Shown here: positions 62,829 through 64,000 of the stretch, one piece after another
Layout: every line of letters starts with the position of its first letter
Numbering within the stretch: position 1 is the first letter of the stretch
From: Albugo candida
Taxonomy: Eukaryota
NCBI GenBank assembly: GCA_040437565.1
Contig: JBDOQK010000010.1
Span: 62,001 to 126,000, forward strand
Direction: 5' to 3'
Length of the DNA stretch: 64,000 nucleotides
Made by a program: the position numbers and the translations under genes
The notes under the pieces: generated by a model
Database searches by the model: none
The model's input: only the letters and a program-made list of their open reading frames with translations
Told to the model about the DNA's origin: nothing

Positions 62829-64000
62829 TCACAAGTGTTCATGATATGTATAATGCTCTCTCCATGCAATCAGACTGAGACGATCGGAGCGTGGCAGAGA
62901 GCTTGGGAGGAGCTCTACGTTGGATACTGCACTTTCTAGTAGAAGAGCATGGCTTCGAGCTGGTTTCCAATGGACGTCGAGCTTTTTCCAGCTGTCATTG
63001 CAAAACTTAAGTGATTGGAAAAAACACGTAGGAAGAAAGTAATAATATAAACTAACCTGTTCAGATACTATCCGAAGGGCGTAATGTGAGATCTTCCGGT
63101 TGATATGTTGAAAAATGTCACCACGTGGGGTCGGCTGCGCGAAAGGTAAAATTTTCATTTGCTGATTCGCCAGTTTTGTGGTGAATTCGATCTGAAAGCT
63201 TTTTATGGACTGAACTATCCGCTCGCAACACCCAAAAACAGATTTTCCATGCTGCTTGCGATGAACTCTGTCACGACATTGTGGGCACCTTCTCCACGTG
63301 AAATGACTGTGTGACCGAAGAGCCGAATCCAATTCGTCCATGCTCGAACGAATTTCTCCTTGTGGGGATCGATCCACGCCTTGGCTAGATACTCCACAAA
63401 TTTCGTGTAGCGTTCTTTCCATATGAGCTGGATCGTTTCCCAATTTTCATTGAACTCTGCGATCGTGTTTGAGTAGACCACCTGCATAACAAGGAATAAC
63501 TTATAACATGAATGAAAATTACTAAACATAAACAAAAAATGGCAACTAAGCGATCTCCAATCCTTCGAAAATGCTTTCCACTCATCATTCTTTCCAGTAA
63601 AATGGATCTTGCATTTGGCGACGACGTTCTTCTCAATGTGCCAAATGCAAAGTAGGATAGAGAGCAAGCTCTCGGTCAATAACGAATACTTTCGGTTAAT
63701 GGTCGGCGTGGAAAAGTTGTCGTAAGAAGTTGATGGCGGTAACCTACGAGTCAGCATCCTCGTTCTTCATGAATACAGAGGCCGCCGAGAACTTGGAATA
63801 TAGCATGGTATTTCCAACAACGTGGAGCAAAGGAAATCTCGTCTTGCTTGCTGTATAGGTGCAATCTAGCAACAAGACGTCACAGTTCTTCCTTAAGAGT
63901 TCCACATTCTTTGAATGAGTGAAGAACAAATGTGTGATGCGCTCATCGGAATCTTTCTCGATATTTATTTCGAACCCAGAGCCCGTGAAGGTTTCGAAGA
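62829..64000 (-). mobile_element. Degenerate Mutator/MULE (FAR1-like) transposase, running off the window end
   Basis: LLLDCTY...FPLLHVVG (MULE first catalytic D), LLCIWHIEKNV (CxxH), KEKFVRAWT..FGH..SRGEGAH. Split across frames. Confidence 0.82.

Overview
Eukaryotic (oomycete) scaffold, most likely Albugo (white blister rust). This is inferred from CxxCxxxxxG 'CCG' secreted effectors, a PH-domain cellulose synthase, compact genes and ~50-70 nt introns. Two gene-dense blocks hold housekeeping genes. Block 1 (0.5-19.1 kb): carnosine N-methyltransferase-like, RPN11, BUD22-like, a ~2200 aa DENN protein, a HERP-like UBL protein and an EHD-like NTPase. Block 2 (35-46.2 kb): an SH3-like-repeat/FAIM protein, LSM8, a COQ7-like gene, a dynein light chain, CesA and ADE2. 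Two gene-sparse blocks (19.2-35 kb, 46.3-64 kb) hold an array of CCG effector paralogs (2 intact, 2 decayed) inside duplicated and inverted units, nested Ty1/Copia elements and a decayed MULE transposase. Most of the ten ~100-N gaps are flanked by overlapping duplicated sequence (assembly artefacts), which splits several ORFs in the supplied track. Best leads: (1) a COQ7 paralog missing most di-iron ligands; (2) a five-module CCG architecture, with decayed copies breaking at module edges; (3) a conserved unidentified block 'X' that travels with every CCG copy; (4) a three-LTR Copia structure whose target-site duplication skips the middle LTR; (5) a 5xSH3-like + FAIM protein. All family calls are by-eye motif recognition; no searches were run.
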